This document shows, piece by piece, positions 1 through 10,907 of a DNA stretch of 64,000 nt; the stretch's first letter is position 1, and each line of letters starts with the position of its first letter. The translations under genes were made by a program, and so were the position numbers. The notes beneath the pieces are model-generated. The model made no database searches. It was not told the DNA's origin and was given only the letters and a program-made list of their open reading frames with translations. The stretch spans positions 1,408,001 to 1,472,000 of the forward strand of contig CAVTMK010000002.1 of NCBI GenBank assembly GCA_963735805.1. The letters are read 5' to 3'. This DNA comes from an uncultured Verrucomicrobiae bacterium (lineage in GTDB: Bacteria; Verrucomicrobiota; Verrucomicrobiia; Chthoniobacterales; UBA10450).

Positions 1-1
1 G

Positions 2-295
2 TTGCTTGGATGTGTTGAGCGTGCCCTGGCTCGGTCGGCCGAGCAACGGCGGCACAAGGCCGAAGAGAATGCAGCTCGGGCCCTTCTTGGTCTGCTGACG
101 CCTCGCGAGCTTGAAGTGATGCAGCTTGTCGTTGCCGGCATGTTGAACAAACAGATTGCCGGAGAACTTGGCACCGCGGAAAAGACGGTAAAAGTTCATC
201 GCGGCCGTGCGATGCGGAAGCTGAATGTTAGTTCCGTTGCGGAGCTAGTGAGGTTGACGGAAAAAGCGTGCCTCGCACCTGCGGCTAACGTCTAA
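2..295 (+). CDS. FixJ/LuxR-family response regulator, C-terminal part (5' truncated by window)
   Basis: LuxR HTH signature [43 protein letters not shown]. Confidence 0.9.
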   Translation: MLGCVERALARSAEQRRHKAEENAARALLGLLTPRELEVMQLVVAGMLNKQIAGELGTAEKTVKVHRGRAMRKLNVSSVAELVRLTEKACLAPAANV

Positions 296-344
296 GACTA
301 AGGTCTCATAGCTTTAGCCCGAACGGCTGTTGTAATGTTAGGCC

Positions 345-729
345 TTGCGAACCACCACTCATGCGTTTGTTGTTTGCCTGCTCGACGATGACCCCTCGGG
401 TACTGAAGGGGTTGGGCCGTCTTTTCTTGTCTGCTGATCTGGACGCAAAAACATTTGACGATCCCAAGGAGTTCCTGGGCTATGCGCAGACTCATCGACC
501 GGCGGTTGCGTTGATCGATGTTTGTATGCCCAAAATGAGCGGGTTGGAAGTTCAATCGCGGCTTGGTAAGATCTCGCCTTCAACGCGCGTCATTATCTTT
601 ACGGGAAAGGACGATCCGCTGGTTCGTTCCGCCGCCTTAAACGCAGGAGCTTCAGCCTTTCTGACCAAACCGTTTAACGACGAAGAACTCCTCACTGTCA
701 TAAGGCTTGCGCTCACATCGGTGAGATGA
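345..729 (+). CDS. Single-domain response regulator receiver, with +1 frameshift at ~398-400
   Basis: TTG345 frame reads ...VVCLLDDDPS. Removing one G of TCGGG joins VLKGLGRL...ALIDVCMPKMSG...FLTKPF (ORF 361..729). Confidence 0.8.
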
Positions 730-1271
730 AAATTTCGTTTCCAAAATATGGCATCGGCGAATTGCTAGCGCAGAACCGGCTTGCGACAGGAATTATTTCG
801 TTTATCGCGATCGTTGTTTTTGCCGGCGTGTTCGGAAGTTACTTCCTTGGAAGTAAATTGTGGATGTTGATGATCGCCGTGCTTGGCATTGGCGGCATCG
901 TGGTCTACTTCTGGGCAGCCCCAGCTATTTTTCTTAGGCAAAATAAGGTCGACGAAGTACCCAGCACTCCAATCGAGGAGGACATGCCGCAAATTACATC
1001 GCAGTGGGATTATCGGCCCAGAAAGCCAATTCGAGCATGGGCAGCTCTCGACAGCCCAAGCCCAGAAACGTCCGATCGCCTCAGCTCAGATTCTTTTGGC
1101 ACAAGTGAAAATGTTTGGTTGAATGACAATTCACTCGAAGGCGGAGCTCCGGCTTTTATTAACGACCCAAGCCAGGCTGATGAGCCGATAACTGAAGAGC
1201 TCCCGCAGACGACTGACTCGGTTCGTAGTACGCCGCCTGTCGACAATGCGAGCGTTTCGAGGTACGACTAA
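726..1271 (+). CDS. Hypothetical membrane protein (2 TM helices, acidic low-complexity tail)
   Basis: Start overlaps the upstream stop (ATGA); two hydrophobic segments. Confidence 0.6.
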   Translation: MKISFPKYGIGELLAQNRLATGIISFIAIVVFAGVFGSYFLGSKLWMLMIAVLGIGGIVVYFWAAPAIFLRQNKVDEVPSTPIEEDMPQITSQWDYRPRKPIRAWAALDSPSPETSDRLSSDSFGTSENVWLNDNSLEGGAPAFINDPSQADEPITEELPQTTDSVRSTPPVDNASVSRYD

Positions 1272-1384
1272 AGTCTTATAGACAATCCTCCCCCCGTGGC
1301 TGAATGCTGGCGGCAGATCAATAAGAAATCTTTAAGAGATAATTATTGCCAAACCAGCACTTATCAGTTATCAGGCCTACAATT

Positions 1385-2158
1385 ATGAAGACATTCTCTA
1401 TTTTAGCAACGGTCCTACTGGGATTTGTGACCGCCTCCGTGCAGGCCGGACCCCAGGAGCCCTACAAGCAAGTCGCCCCGCCACCGCCAGAACTTTGGGG
1501 AACTGGCTTTTACGGTGCGATCGACGCGGGAGCGAATATCTATCAAGACCGCGGCGGAACCAGAACGTTTACGGGTGACAACCGCATTAACGACCCAACC
1601 GATAGGGATTTTGATGCCACTCTGGAGGTCAACCCGAAGAATGACGTCGGTTTCTTTGGCGGCGTTAAGCTCGGTTACGTTTTCGGCACGGGCGTAGTTC
1701 GTCCCACGGTTGAAGGTGACTTCTTTTACAATGGCTTTCGCGGTGGCGCTAACTTCACCCTGAGGGACCGCTTTGACGACGTTCTAGCGCAGCGAAACGT
1801 GACCACCTGGATCAACACGGGCGCGTTTATGGCGAACTTCATCTTGAGATTTGCGCCTGGAAATCAACGATTCCAGCCGTATGCCGGCGCCGGGGTCGGA
1901 GTTTACTATGCCGAATCTGCAGGGGTCGAGGTCGTAGATCCCGTAACTGGTAGAGTCCCTGTAAACACTGGCGGAGGATCAAGTCATGCGGACCTGGCGT
2001 GGCAGATCATTGCCGGCTCAGATTACTATTGGACCCCGAAGTTGAGCACTTTTATTGAATACAAGTTCCTCGAATATACGAGCACCCAAATCAACACCAG
2101 AGATAATCGTGTTCTGGGACAACAGTTACTGGGCGCGGGTTTGCGGTTCCACTTCTAG
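1385..2158 (+). CDS. Outer-membrane beta-barrel protein (OmpA-like/porin family)
   Basis: Signal peptide MKTFSILATVLLG, QPYAGAGVG motif, C-terminal AGLRFHF. Confidence 0.8.
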   Translation: MKTFSILATVLLGFVTASVQAGPQEPYKQVAPPPPELWGTGFYGAIDAGANIYQDRGGTRTFTGDNRINDPTDRDFDATLEVNPKNDVGFFGGVKLGYVFGTGVVRPTVEGDFFYNGFRGGANFTLRDRFDDVLAQRNVTTWINTGAFMANFILRFAPGNQRFQPYAGAGVGVYYAESAGVEVVDPVTGRVPVNTGGGSSHADLAWQIIAGSDYYWTPKLSTFIEYKFLEYTSTQINTRDNRVLGQQLLGAGLRFHF

Positions 2159-2193
2159 AAAACAACATCGAATTTCTTCATTTGGTTAAGTCA

Positions 2194-2226
2194 GTCGGCC
2201 TCCCCTATCGGGAGGCCGATTTTTTT
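2194..2226 (+). terminator. Rho-independent terminator
   Basis: Stem TCGGCCTCCC/GGGAGGCCGA, 5-nt loop, then T7. Confidence 0.85.
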
Positions 2227-2327
2227 AGATCGTTATCGCCGGCAAAACGCCGCTGTAGTCCCAAAGTCCAATAGACGACAATCAAATTTTTCTCGGATTT
2301 CGGAACCGACGACCATAAGATCGGTTC

Positions 2328-3500
2328 ATGAAGATAAAATTCTTTTTCTTCGTGGCAGCACTGTTCGCAGCTGTCGTTGGTCTTCGGGCGGGTACGATGG
2401 AGCTCCAGCCGAAGGAAAGCGTACCGCCCACAATTACTCAGGGCGAGCGATGGCAATTTACGATCGCGGTGCCCGGCTGGCTATCGAGCTTCGATGGCAC
2501 GATCGGAGTACGCAATGTCAATGCAGATATCGATGTCCCCGTCACGGAAGTTCTGCAACACCTTGATATGATCTTCGCGGTCCGCGCACAGGCGCAAAAA
2601 GGTCCTTTCGGGATATTCGGTGAATTCCTTTACGTGGGCCTGTCCGATAACACGCAGGTTAATGGGTTAATCAACAACGTCCACGAGCAGGTTGATCCAT
2701 ACATGTTTGACGGTGGGTTAAGCTGGCGGCTCTTCAACCAGCCACGCTGGTCGCTCGACTTCGCTGCGGGCTCACATTACTCGAGCGTATATGAACGGCT
2801 CACTTTAAACAGCAACCCAGTCGCGATTCATCAGGCAAGCGAACAATTCGTTACCAACATCAGCGACGATTTGGTTGCCCGGCTTAACAATGACATTTCG
2901 AACAGTCATTTTCTTGCTGCGCTCGAAAGCACGATTGAGGCAGACATTGTCAGCGAGATCGACAAGCATAATTCGTTAGACCGCCACCAGCGTAGACCAA
3001 ATATTCCGATTGGTCCGTTAGGTGGGCGAATTAAAGAAGATGTCACGCAGGTGGTTCAAGATTTTATACGGGCGAAAGAAGCGGCTTTGCGGGTGCGCAT
3101 AGATGTCCTCCATCTGAGAGGAGCCGCTCGTCGCGCTGCCGTCGCTCGCGCAGTTAACGCCGCCGAGGTGCAACTCGCGACACAGCTCGCAGGTACGCTC
3201 TACGGGAAGCTGGACCAAACTATCGCGCGAGACGATTATTGGTTCGACCCTTATGTGGGGCTGCGTGGACGATATAATTTTAATAAAATGGTCTACACCG
3301 CCGTACGTGGCGAGATCGGAGGATTCGGAGTCGGTGCGGACTTGATGTGGCAGGTCGAGGGTGTAATCGGTATCAACATTACCCATTCTATCTTCACCGA
3401 GATCGGTTATCGCGCCCTTGCGGCCGACTTCGAGGACAATAATTTCGTTTTCGACGTGGTCCTGCACGGACCGCAAATCACGACCGGTATTACCTTCTGA
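2328..3500 (+). CDS. Outer-membrane beta-barrel protein with large helical insertion
   Basis: Signal peptide; VPGWL..FDGTIGV and WFDPYVGLRG motifs; C-terminal GITF. Confidence 0.7.
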   Translation: MKIKFFFFVAALFAAVVGLRAGTMELQPKESVPPTITQGERWQFTIAVPGWLSSFDGTIGVRNVNADIDVPVTEVLQHLDMIFAVRAQAQKGPFGIFGEFLYVGLSDNTQVNGLINNVHEQVDPYMFDGGLSWRLFNQPRWSLDFAAGSHYSSVYERLTLNSNPVAIHQASEQFVTNISDDLVARLNNDISNSHFLAALESTIEADIVSEIDKHNSLDRHQRRPNIPIGPLGGRIKEDVTQVVQDFIRAKEAALRVRIDVLHLRGAARRAAVARAVNAAEVQLATQLAGTLYGKLDQTIARDDYWFDPYVGLRGRYNFNKMVYTAVRGEIGGFGVGADLMWQVEGVIGINITHSIFTEIGYRALAADFEDNNFVFDVVLHGPQITTGITF

Positions 3501-3570
3501 GTGTTGTCAGGCCGGGGATTAATTGCTATTAAGGGTGTCAACGACAATTGCTGATAAGGAGCTTACCTCT

Positions 3571-4500
3571 ATGAGTCGATCAAGTTTGGTAAATCGCTTT
3601 CTTAAACAACTTCTGTTTGCAACGGTCTGCCTATCTGCACGAGCTCTTGTCGCTGGCACGGAGCCGTATGATTTCTCTAAGGAACCTCCGGCTCCGCCAC
3701 CACAGTCGTGGTGTGAAACACCTCCGACGCTCGAAATCCGCATCGGCGCCCCGGGGTGGTTGGCTGGGATATCCGGCGATAGTGGAGTACTTGGAGTAGC
3801 CAACTCATCCGACGTCAGTTTCTCCCAGCTTTTCAGGCATTTGACTCATGTCCCCATTGTGCTCAGCGCCGATCTTCACTATCAGCGATGGGAACTTTTT
3901 GGAGACGGTCAGTACATGGAGGTGGGTGCTTCTGCAACGTTACCCGGGTTACTTTTTACCAACGCGAATCTTCACCTTAAAGACGGGTTTGCTGAAGGTT
4001 TCCTTGGTTACCGACTAATCAATTGCAACAAAGCAACTCTCTCTGTTTTTGCGGGCGCCCGTTACAATTATGAAGGAATTAACCTAAGCATTTTCGATAA
4101 CGGCGATGCACGGATACCCATTCTTCGTGAGCTGCTCGGGCTTCCCAAAAAGCTGGATGCGCAAGGCTCGATTGATTGGGTCGATCCCGTGATCGGAGCC
4201 CGTGGAAAAGTCAAGATTTGGAAGGCTACATCCCTTTATGCCGAAGGCGACATTGGTGGATTCGATGCCAATTCCGACTCGGCTTTTGAGATCCATCGCC
4301 AGGGCCGGACGCTTGTGAAAACACCGATATCAAGCGAGGATTGGAGCTATCAGCTTCAAGGCGGGCTCGAATTTCAAATAAGCCGATGGTTCTGGACCCA
4401 GGTCGGCTGGCGCTGGTTGCGGACAGACTTTGTCTCTGGCGGCTTTACCAACAAGACCGACTTGAGTGGGCCCTTTGTCCAAGGCGGCGTGAATTTTTAA
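3571..4500 (+). CDS. Outer-membrane beta-barrel protein, paralog of the upstream gene
   Basis: AAGGAG RBS before ATG3571; APGWLAGISG and WVDPVIGARG motifs; C-terminal GVNF. Confidence 0.7.
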   Translation: MSRSSLVNRFLKQLLFATVCLSARALVAGTEPYDFSKEPPAPPPQSWCETPPTLEIRIGAPGWLAGISGDSGVLGVANSSDVSFSQLFRHLTHVPIVLSADLHYQRWELFGDGQYMEVGASATLPGLLFTNANLHLKDGFAEGFLGYRLINCNKATLSVFAGARYNYEGINLSIFDNGDARIPILRELLGLPKKLDAQGSIDWVDPVIGARGKVKIWKATSLYAEGDIGGFDANSDSAFEIHRQGRTLVKTPISSEDWSYQLQGGLEFQISRWFWTQVGWRWLRTDFVSGGFTNKTDLSGPFVQGGVNF

Positions 4501-4581
4501 GTAACCTGAACGCTATGGGGAAAGCGCGTTTAAATGTAGACAAGATAGAACTGAGACCCTATTAAAGATCAGATTACAACC

Positions 4582-5019
4582 ATGAAACCACCAACTATCC
4601 TCTTTACCAGCAGCGCGGCTGCATGTGCAGCACTGCTATTATTTGCTTGCTCCACTACACAGACCAGTACGCAAAACAGAGAAAGCCTCCTGGCCGCTTC
4701 CGGTTTTAAGGTGATCACGCCTAAGACTACAGCCCAACAACAAAAGCTTCAAAACCTTCCGCCTGGCAAAGTCACCATGGTGCAAAAAGCCGGGAAAACC
4801 TATTACATCTTCCCAGATCCTGCCCACAACCAGGCCTATGTGGGTGGACCCAAGCAGTATCGGCAGTACCAACAACTCCGCGCTGACAACAAGCTTGCAA
4901 AGGAGAGTCTGGAATCAGCAGAAATGTACCAAGACGCGTCGATGCAGTGGAGCGTATGGGGCGGATGGGACGCAGGCTTGGGATCTTACGGGCCAATGGC
5001 AGGGCCGGGGTCGTATTGA
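4582..5019 (+). CDS. Lipoprotein, hypothetical
   Basis: Lipobox LLFAC after hydrophobic signal. Confidence 0.7.
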   Translation: MKPPTILFTSSAAACAALLLFACSTTQTSTQNRESLLAASGFKVITPKTTAQQQKLQNLPPGKVTMVQKAGKTYYIFPDPAHNQAYVGGPKQYRQYQQLRADNKLAKESLESAEMYQDASMQWSVWGGWDAGLGSYGPMAGPGSY

Positions 5020-5194
5020 CCTAAGCCGGATCGGTAGATTGGCCGGATCGCTGTCGCGCGCTCAGTCCGTAATGACGACGATGCCTGTTGGCTCGATCAG
5101 CGCCGCTACTGTTCTTTCGGCAGCTCGGTCGATGTGAAGCCGAGGTTTCTGGGGTGGTTGCTGCTCGTTATAGGTACCGGGCGTTCTGAAGTAA

Positions 5195-7433
5195 CTATGG
5201 CGAGGTCAGACTCCAACCAATTGGAAGTGTTGGACCGAACGCGCTGCTGGCAAAAACGTTGTTGTTCAGATACCAGATCGCCGTTTGATGCGTGCTGTTG
5301 TTGTAAAGCAGATAATCCGGCTTCCCGTCACCGTTAAAGTCCGCTGTGGCTACCAATGTCCAGTTACTGGGAACGGTTGGCCCCCATGCGCCGCCAATAA
5401 GCGTTGTTCCTGATAAATAGGCGACAGCTGTGTAACCTGTAGTGGGATAAAATAAGAGATAATCTGCGTGCCCATCGCCATCAAAGTCTGCTACACCCAT
5501 CACTAACCAGCCGCCCGGCAGCCTTGGGCCGGCGTCGCCGCCAATCAAAACATTATTGTTTAGATACCAGATCGCCGTTTGACGAGTGATGGCGTTGTAA
5601 AGCACGTAATCCGGTTTGTTATCACCATTAAAATCGGCGGTACCGACTAACTCCCATCCATTGGGCAGACTTGGTCCGTAAGCGCCTCCAATAAGCGTCG
5701 GTCCCGATAAATACCAGAGTGCTGTTTGGCGAGTGCTGGGAGCAAACAATGCATAATCTGAATGATTATCGAGATTAAAATCGCCCACACCCCTCAATGC
5801 CCAGCCCGCTGGAAGAGTCGGACCGGCGTCGCCGCCCGCTAAAACGTTGTTGTTTAGATACCAGATCGCCGTTAGGCGCGTGTTAGTATTACGAAGCACG
5901 TAGTCTGGGTGGCCATCGCCGTTAAAGTCGGCTACTACCGCTCTGGCCGGAGTTGGAGTAGGTGTTGGGACCGGTACTTTGAACGCATAAATCTTGTTGT
6001 CAGCGGGGTAGTAGATATGGCCGCGAGCGACAATGCCGGTATTCCATTTCCTCGTGTCGCTCATCATTTCGTTCGCGCCACCTCCGGCATAAATCACATT
6101 GCCGGTATCGCCATTATAAGCGTGCAAACGTCCGTCTCCTCCGGCGCCGACTACCCAGACGATTGCGTTATTTGTACCGTCTGTCGAAGTAACCCACGCC
6201 GAGCCCAACCCAGTCTGACTCACGCTCCAGGCTGGGACTATATTGGGAGGATTGGTGCGGAGTAACTTTATAAGCTGCGACAGCATTGTTTTCGGTATGA
6301 AAAACGAAATAGGTTCCCTGGCTTGTATGATAGGTGGCAGCCGATTGCCCCCTGACAGCACTAGGAAGGTTTTCTGAAGCCACTGGTGCGCTAACGCCCC
6401 CTAGATTATTGCGGTTAAGCAAGTAGGCCATTCCATCTTTCCCAAGGGCGAGCACCAATTGCGAGGGCGTTCCTCCCGGCACATCAATTAGGGTGGCGCT
6501 GCAACCGCCGAGATCGGTGTCTGTTTGGTCGAGCGAAAACCAATTAATTGGCGCCCAGTAGTCGGTGGGAGCGCCGCTAAAAATCGGGCCTGCTTGTAAA
6601 CGAATCACCGCTTCACCGCCACCCCAGACCTGATTAGTATTAAAGGTATTCCCCGTAATTACAAACATGTTGGTGCCATCGCTGGCAACGCCGCCATGCC
6701 CCCAGATGCCGCCCCCTATGGCATGTGTTGCCCAAGCCATGACGTTGGAGGGATTGTTCAGTGGTATGCCAACCACCCATCCATGGTACGTGCCACAGTC
6801 ACCTGCATGCCCCGAGAAGCAGACGTAAAGGATGCCGTTCACGATCGCGAGCCCACCGCGCTCGTTCTGTACCGACGAGGTAAACGCCGTGCCGTTATGG
6901 TTAGCGGTCGCATTCAGATCTACCGGCCAATTGGGGTTGGTTGCTCCGGTGTCCACGTTCAATGAATAGACGAAATGCTTCTTAGTAGCGCCGTCTATCA
7001 TTGCGTCGACGAAAAGTGATCTGGAAGCAAGATCGACCACAGGCGTGCCGGTAATGCCGAGGGGGGTGATGTTGCCGCACGGCAATCCCGATGTGACTGC
7101 CGCTCCGAGATTGCGTTGCCAAACGATGCTGCCATTGTTGGCGTCGAGTGCATACACATTGTTCGATTCCGTCACTGCAATAACCATCGCGCCATTGGGA
7201 CCGCCCTCGATATAAAGTGGCTGGGCGTAAACGTTGCCCGAGATTGTTCCGTTGAAGTTCAGGTCGCGCGTCAGATTGGCTGCGTTAGCGGACGTAAATG
7301 CGCGATCAATATACAGGCCATCGCGAGAAAGATTGTTGTGCTCCTGCGTTACGTTGACCTGCGCGTTTGTTGGAAAAATGGCAGTGCATAAGAGTGCAAT
7401 GACAAGTGACGAAGAGGAAATTGGAGTCTTCAT
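5195..7433 (-). CDS. Secreted PQQ-like beta-propeller protein with Pro/Thr linker and C-terminal FG-GAP/VCBS repeats (+1 frameshift at ~6257)
   Basis: ORFs 6168..7433 and 5195..6361 join at AAYKVTP/TNPPNIVPAW. Signal peptide, VYAQPLY, GITGTPVVD, PVPTPTPTP linker, five DF(N/D)xDxxxDY repeats. Confidence 0.8.
5200..5935 (-). repeat. Coding tandem repeats, ~49-aa FG-GAP units with a 294-nt super-period
   Basis: TACCAGATCGCCGTT recurs at 5271, 5565 and 5859. Confidence 0.85.
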
Positions 7434-7657
7434 AGGCCGACGAAAATACCGTGCTTCCCTTCAAGCACCGCGTTCCCTTCTAACACCGGCCTCTGCAGTT
7501 CTGTCAAGTCTTACTGAACGTAATTCGTGACAAATTAGCGTATCTTTTGCGGTTTGGATCGGCTAGACCACTGTTTATGATCTGAATGCACGCACACTCT
7601 CGCAGCGGCCTCAAAGTCGGTGGAGCGGCTCAGCGCTACGGATCGTTGCTTATCCCA

Positions 7658-8206
7658 TCACTTCCCTGGCTTATCCGGCTCTGGCATGGACATCCCACCT
7701 ACGATCTGCCAATCCTTTCCGCTCCGCAGCCACGCATGTGTGATCCGAAAAGTGTGCGGCACTCCCTGTCCGTTCTTATCCACCCAACTCAATGTTATCC
7801 AGTAGCAAACAAAGGCGACATCCCCGGTGACTTGAATTCCCGCGGGCTTAAACGCCCCGGTTTTGAAGGACAAACCTTTGCTGGTTTGAGATGTAATCCA
7901 GTCGGTAATGTGATCTTTACGGACGGGTACGGAACTAACCGACGGCCAACCGAGGAAATCGTTGTGCCATAAATTTGAATAAGCGGCCAAGTCATTTTTC
8001 TCGACGTACTGCCAATATGCGTGCTCAAGGTTCCACAGCGTCTGCTCGTCACCTGATGGCGACGATGAAAGCATCGGCTGCACTGTGGCGAGCCAACAAA
8101 CAACGGCGAGAAGGGAACTGGAACGCCTGGGCCTACCGCGATTCGGCCCAAGAATTGGATCATTAAAATGCTTCACGTCGCTCATCCTGTCGTTTTTGTT
8201 CTCCAC
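7658..8206 (-). CDS. NTF2-like (DUF4440/SnoaL) secreted protein; start uncertain
   Basis: LWNLEHAYW..., GDVAFVCY, THAWLRSGKDWQIVGGMS. Confidence 0.7.
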   Translation of the reverse strand: MENKNDRMSDVKHFNDPILGPNRGRPRRSSSLLAVVCWLATVQPMLSSSPSGDEQTLWNLEHAYWQYVEKNDLAAYSNLWHNDFLGWPSVSSVPVRKDHITDWITSQTSKGLSFKTGAFKPAGIQVTGDVAFVCYWITLSWVDKNGQGVPHTFRITHAWLRSGKDWQIVGGMSMPEPDKPGK

Positions 8207-8458
8207 AAAGTATGACCGGGCAATTGGAAGAGGACAAGTTAATACCGCAAGTAGTGGTGACAGAGCAATAGGTCAGAGAAGTGCGCATTCTGTAGTCAGG
8301 ATCCGTACGGCGCTGGAATGAAACAAGCGTTCGTCTTTGTGACGTTTTTGGCTCGCAGATTTGAGGATCGAACGATGAAGTAGCACAGCAATTCAGGACA
8401 CATACTTGCCTGCTGGCCCGCAGCGTCAGAATATGGTGATGATGGCCCCATATACGCT

Positions 8459-10462
8459 ATGAGCGGTTTCTTTGAGGAGTTGCAGCGCCGAAAGGTTTAT
8501 CGCGTCGCAGCCGCTTACGTCGTCGCCGCGGGATTCCTGATTCAAATGGCCTCGGCGACGTTTCCAGCATGGGACTTGCCGAATTGGAGTTTGCGGCTGG
8601 TGATTGCGCTTTTGCTAATCGGTTTTCCGATCGCGCTCATACTCGCCTGGGCCTACGACATTACTGCGCAGGGAATTCAGGTTACCCCCACAAAGGGGGC
8701 TCACCGGCGGCGAAATCTCATTTTGCTCGTCGTCACTGGTGTCATCGTCTCTACTGCCGCTGGATTTTTTCTTTTGCCAAGGGCTGTCTGGCATCAGGTC
8801 GAGAAATCCGTCGCGGTCCTGCCTTTTCAAAATTTGAGCAGCGATCCAGAGAACGCATATTTCGCTGACGGCATCCAGGCGGAAGTTTTGACGCGCCTGG
8901 CTAAAATCGCGGATTTGAAAGTGATCTCGCGCGCCTCGACACAACAGTATCAGAGCGAACCCGGGAATCTTTCCGAGATCGCGAAGCAGCTTGGCGTCGC
9001 GAACATCCTTGAGGGTACCGTGCAGAGAGCAGCCGATCAGGTGCGGGTCAATGTTCACCTGGTTAACGCGCAAACGGGTTCGCAGCTCTGGGCCGAGACC
9101 TATGATCGAAAATTGAGCGATATCTTTGCCGTCGAAAGCGATATCGCGAAGGGAATAGCGGAGTCGTTACAAGCGACCCTGACCGGGGGTGAAGAGCAAG
9201 CATTGGCTGCCAGGTCCACAAACAATCCCGAAGCTTACGATGCTTATTTACACGGACTGGCTTTTGAAGCGCGCGGCAACTACTCAAAGGATGCCTTGTT
9301 TGAAGCCATCGGGTATTATGAGCTGGCCGTGCAGCTTGATCCAAATTTTGCGCTTGCCTGGGCGCGACTGTCCGGTGCGCACGCACTCCTTTACTTTAAC
9401 CGTGGCGACACAACTGTCGCTCGCCGCGATGCGGCCAAAGAAGCTTTGGAGCAGGCGCAAAAGCTGCAGCCGAACTCGCCCGAAACTCTTCTCTTCTTAG
9501 GTTATTATCAATACTGGGTGTCGCACGATTATGGGATGGCCAAAGCTACCTTTGCACGCGTGAGTAAAATATTGCCCGGTAACAGTGAAGTATCATACGC
9601 CCTTGCGGCAATCGCGCGACGTGAGGGGCATTGGGCTGAAAGTCTTGCATATTGGGAACGGGGTCTCTCCCTCGATCCGCGAAATACTGTGCTGCTGACC
9701 GAGGTGGCATTTACTTACGCTGCGCTTCGACAATTCCCCACAGCTATAAAGCTCTACGATCAGGCACTCGATATTCTCCCTAGTGAGTTGTACCTAACGG
9801 CGTCAAAAGCCGCCATTTACCAGGCCGAAGGTAACCTGCAGGAAGCCGCTAAGCTGCTGGTCCAGGTAAACGCACAAACAGATTCGGACCTGGCCGTTCG
9901 GCTCAAACTCGCCCAATTGAGATTTGAACGAAATCCGACTGAAGCCGCCAAGTTTGTGGAACTCCGACAGGCTCGACTCCGCTTTGCTTCTCCGATAGAC
10001 AAGGGAACAAAGCAGCTTGGGTTGGCATGGATTAAGCGCGTAGCTGGGGATATGGCGGCAGCAAAAACTCTCGCCGAAGAGGCACGCAACACGCTTGAGC
10101 CGATCAGCAAGGAACAACCAGACAATGCGTTCGTTGCGGCAGCGCTGGCCGTGGCCTACGCGATGCTCGACGAGAAGGGCCCAGCACTGAAGGAAGCGGA
10201 GCGTGCAATGACGCTCGTGCCGAGTAGCAAAGATCGGCTATCCGGACCCGGGTTCGAAGAGAACCTCGCGCTAGTTGAGATGCTCATTGGCGAGAATGGC
10301 CGCGCGATTTCAATTCTCACGCGGCTGTTGCAAACGCCGTACAGCGGCTGGCTTTATACCCCAGCTCCCATCACGCCGGCACTTTTAAGACTCGATCCAA
10401 TTTGGGATCCTTTGCGCGTCGATCCCGCTTTTCAAAAACTCTACGCGGATAAACAGCCGTGA
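8459..10462 (+). CDS. Membrane-anchored TolB-like N-domain plus TPR protein
   Basis: MSGFFEELQRRKVYR, SVAVLPFQNLS..ENAYFADG, TPR motifs, LLRLDPIWDPLR. Confidence 0.85.
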   Translation: MSGFFEELQRRKVYRVAAAYVVAAGFLIQMASATFPAWDLPNWSLRLVIALLLIGFPIALILAWAYDITAQGIQVTPTKGAHRRRNLILLVVTGVIVSTAAGFFLLPRAVWHQVEKSVAVLPFQNLSSDPENAYFADGIQAEVLTRLAKIADLKVISRASTQQYQSEPGNLSEIAKQLGVANILEGTVQRAADQVRVNVHLVNAQTGSQLWAETYDRKLSDIFAVESDIAKGIAESLQATLTGGEEQALAARSTNNPEAYDAYLHGLAFEARGNYSKDALFEAIGYYELAVQLDPNFALAWARLSGAHALLYFNRGDTTVARRDAAKEALEQAQKLQPNSPETLLFLGYYQYWVSHDYGMAKATFARVSKILPGNSEVSYALAAIARREGHWAESLAYWERGLSLDPRNTVLLTEVAFTYAALRQFPTAIKLYDQALDILPSELYLTASKAAIYQAEGNLQEAAKLLVQVNAQTDSDLAVRLKLAQLRFERNPTEAAKFVELRQARLRFASPIDKGTKQLGLAWIKRVAGDMAAAKTLAEEARNTLEPISKEQPDNAFVAAALAVAYAMLDEKGPALKEAERAMTLVPSSKDRLSGPGFEENLALVEMLIGENGRAISILTRLLQTPYSGWLYTPAPITPALLRLDPIWDPLRVDPAFQKLYADKQP

Positions 10463-10907
10463 AGATCTGCGGCGTTGGTCAGCCTGAAGGAGTAACACAT
10501 GCCATCGTTGCAGGCGAGTTGAACTGCGATAAATAGATGTTCAACTATCATGGCCAGCTCGACCTGCGGTCACATCATAGCTCTCGCAGTCGTGAAATGA
10601 ATGGCGGCGACGCGTTGCTGATCGCGCCGCCGCCCCAGGTATCCCTCTGCTCAGCAAAGTAATTGCTCGCACATACTATCAACGAAGCTGACCCCCAATT
10701 TTCACCTTGGCCAGGCAAAAAGCACTATCCAACGCCTGAATGAAACGTAAGGCGCGGCCTTACACTGCACGCAACGAGCCGCGTTCTGTGAATTCTAACG
10801 ATGCGACCTGTACTTTTCCGGTGCCTGCTAGATTCCCGACGCCAGCTCTGCTTTGCGAAAATTGGATTGGCCGCAACTATGGACTTTCCATCTGTCTGTC
10901 GAGGCAC

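Noticed and set aside
5200..5935. CRISPR-like repeated DNA
   Set aside because: Repeats are in-frame coding units with a 294-nt period; no cas genes
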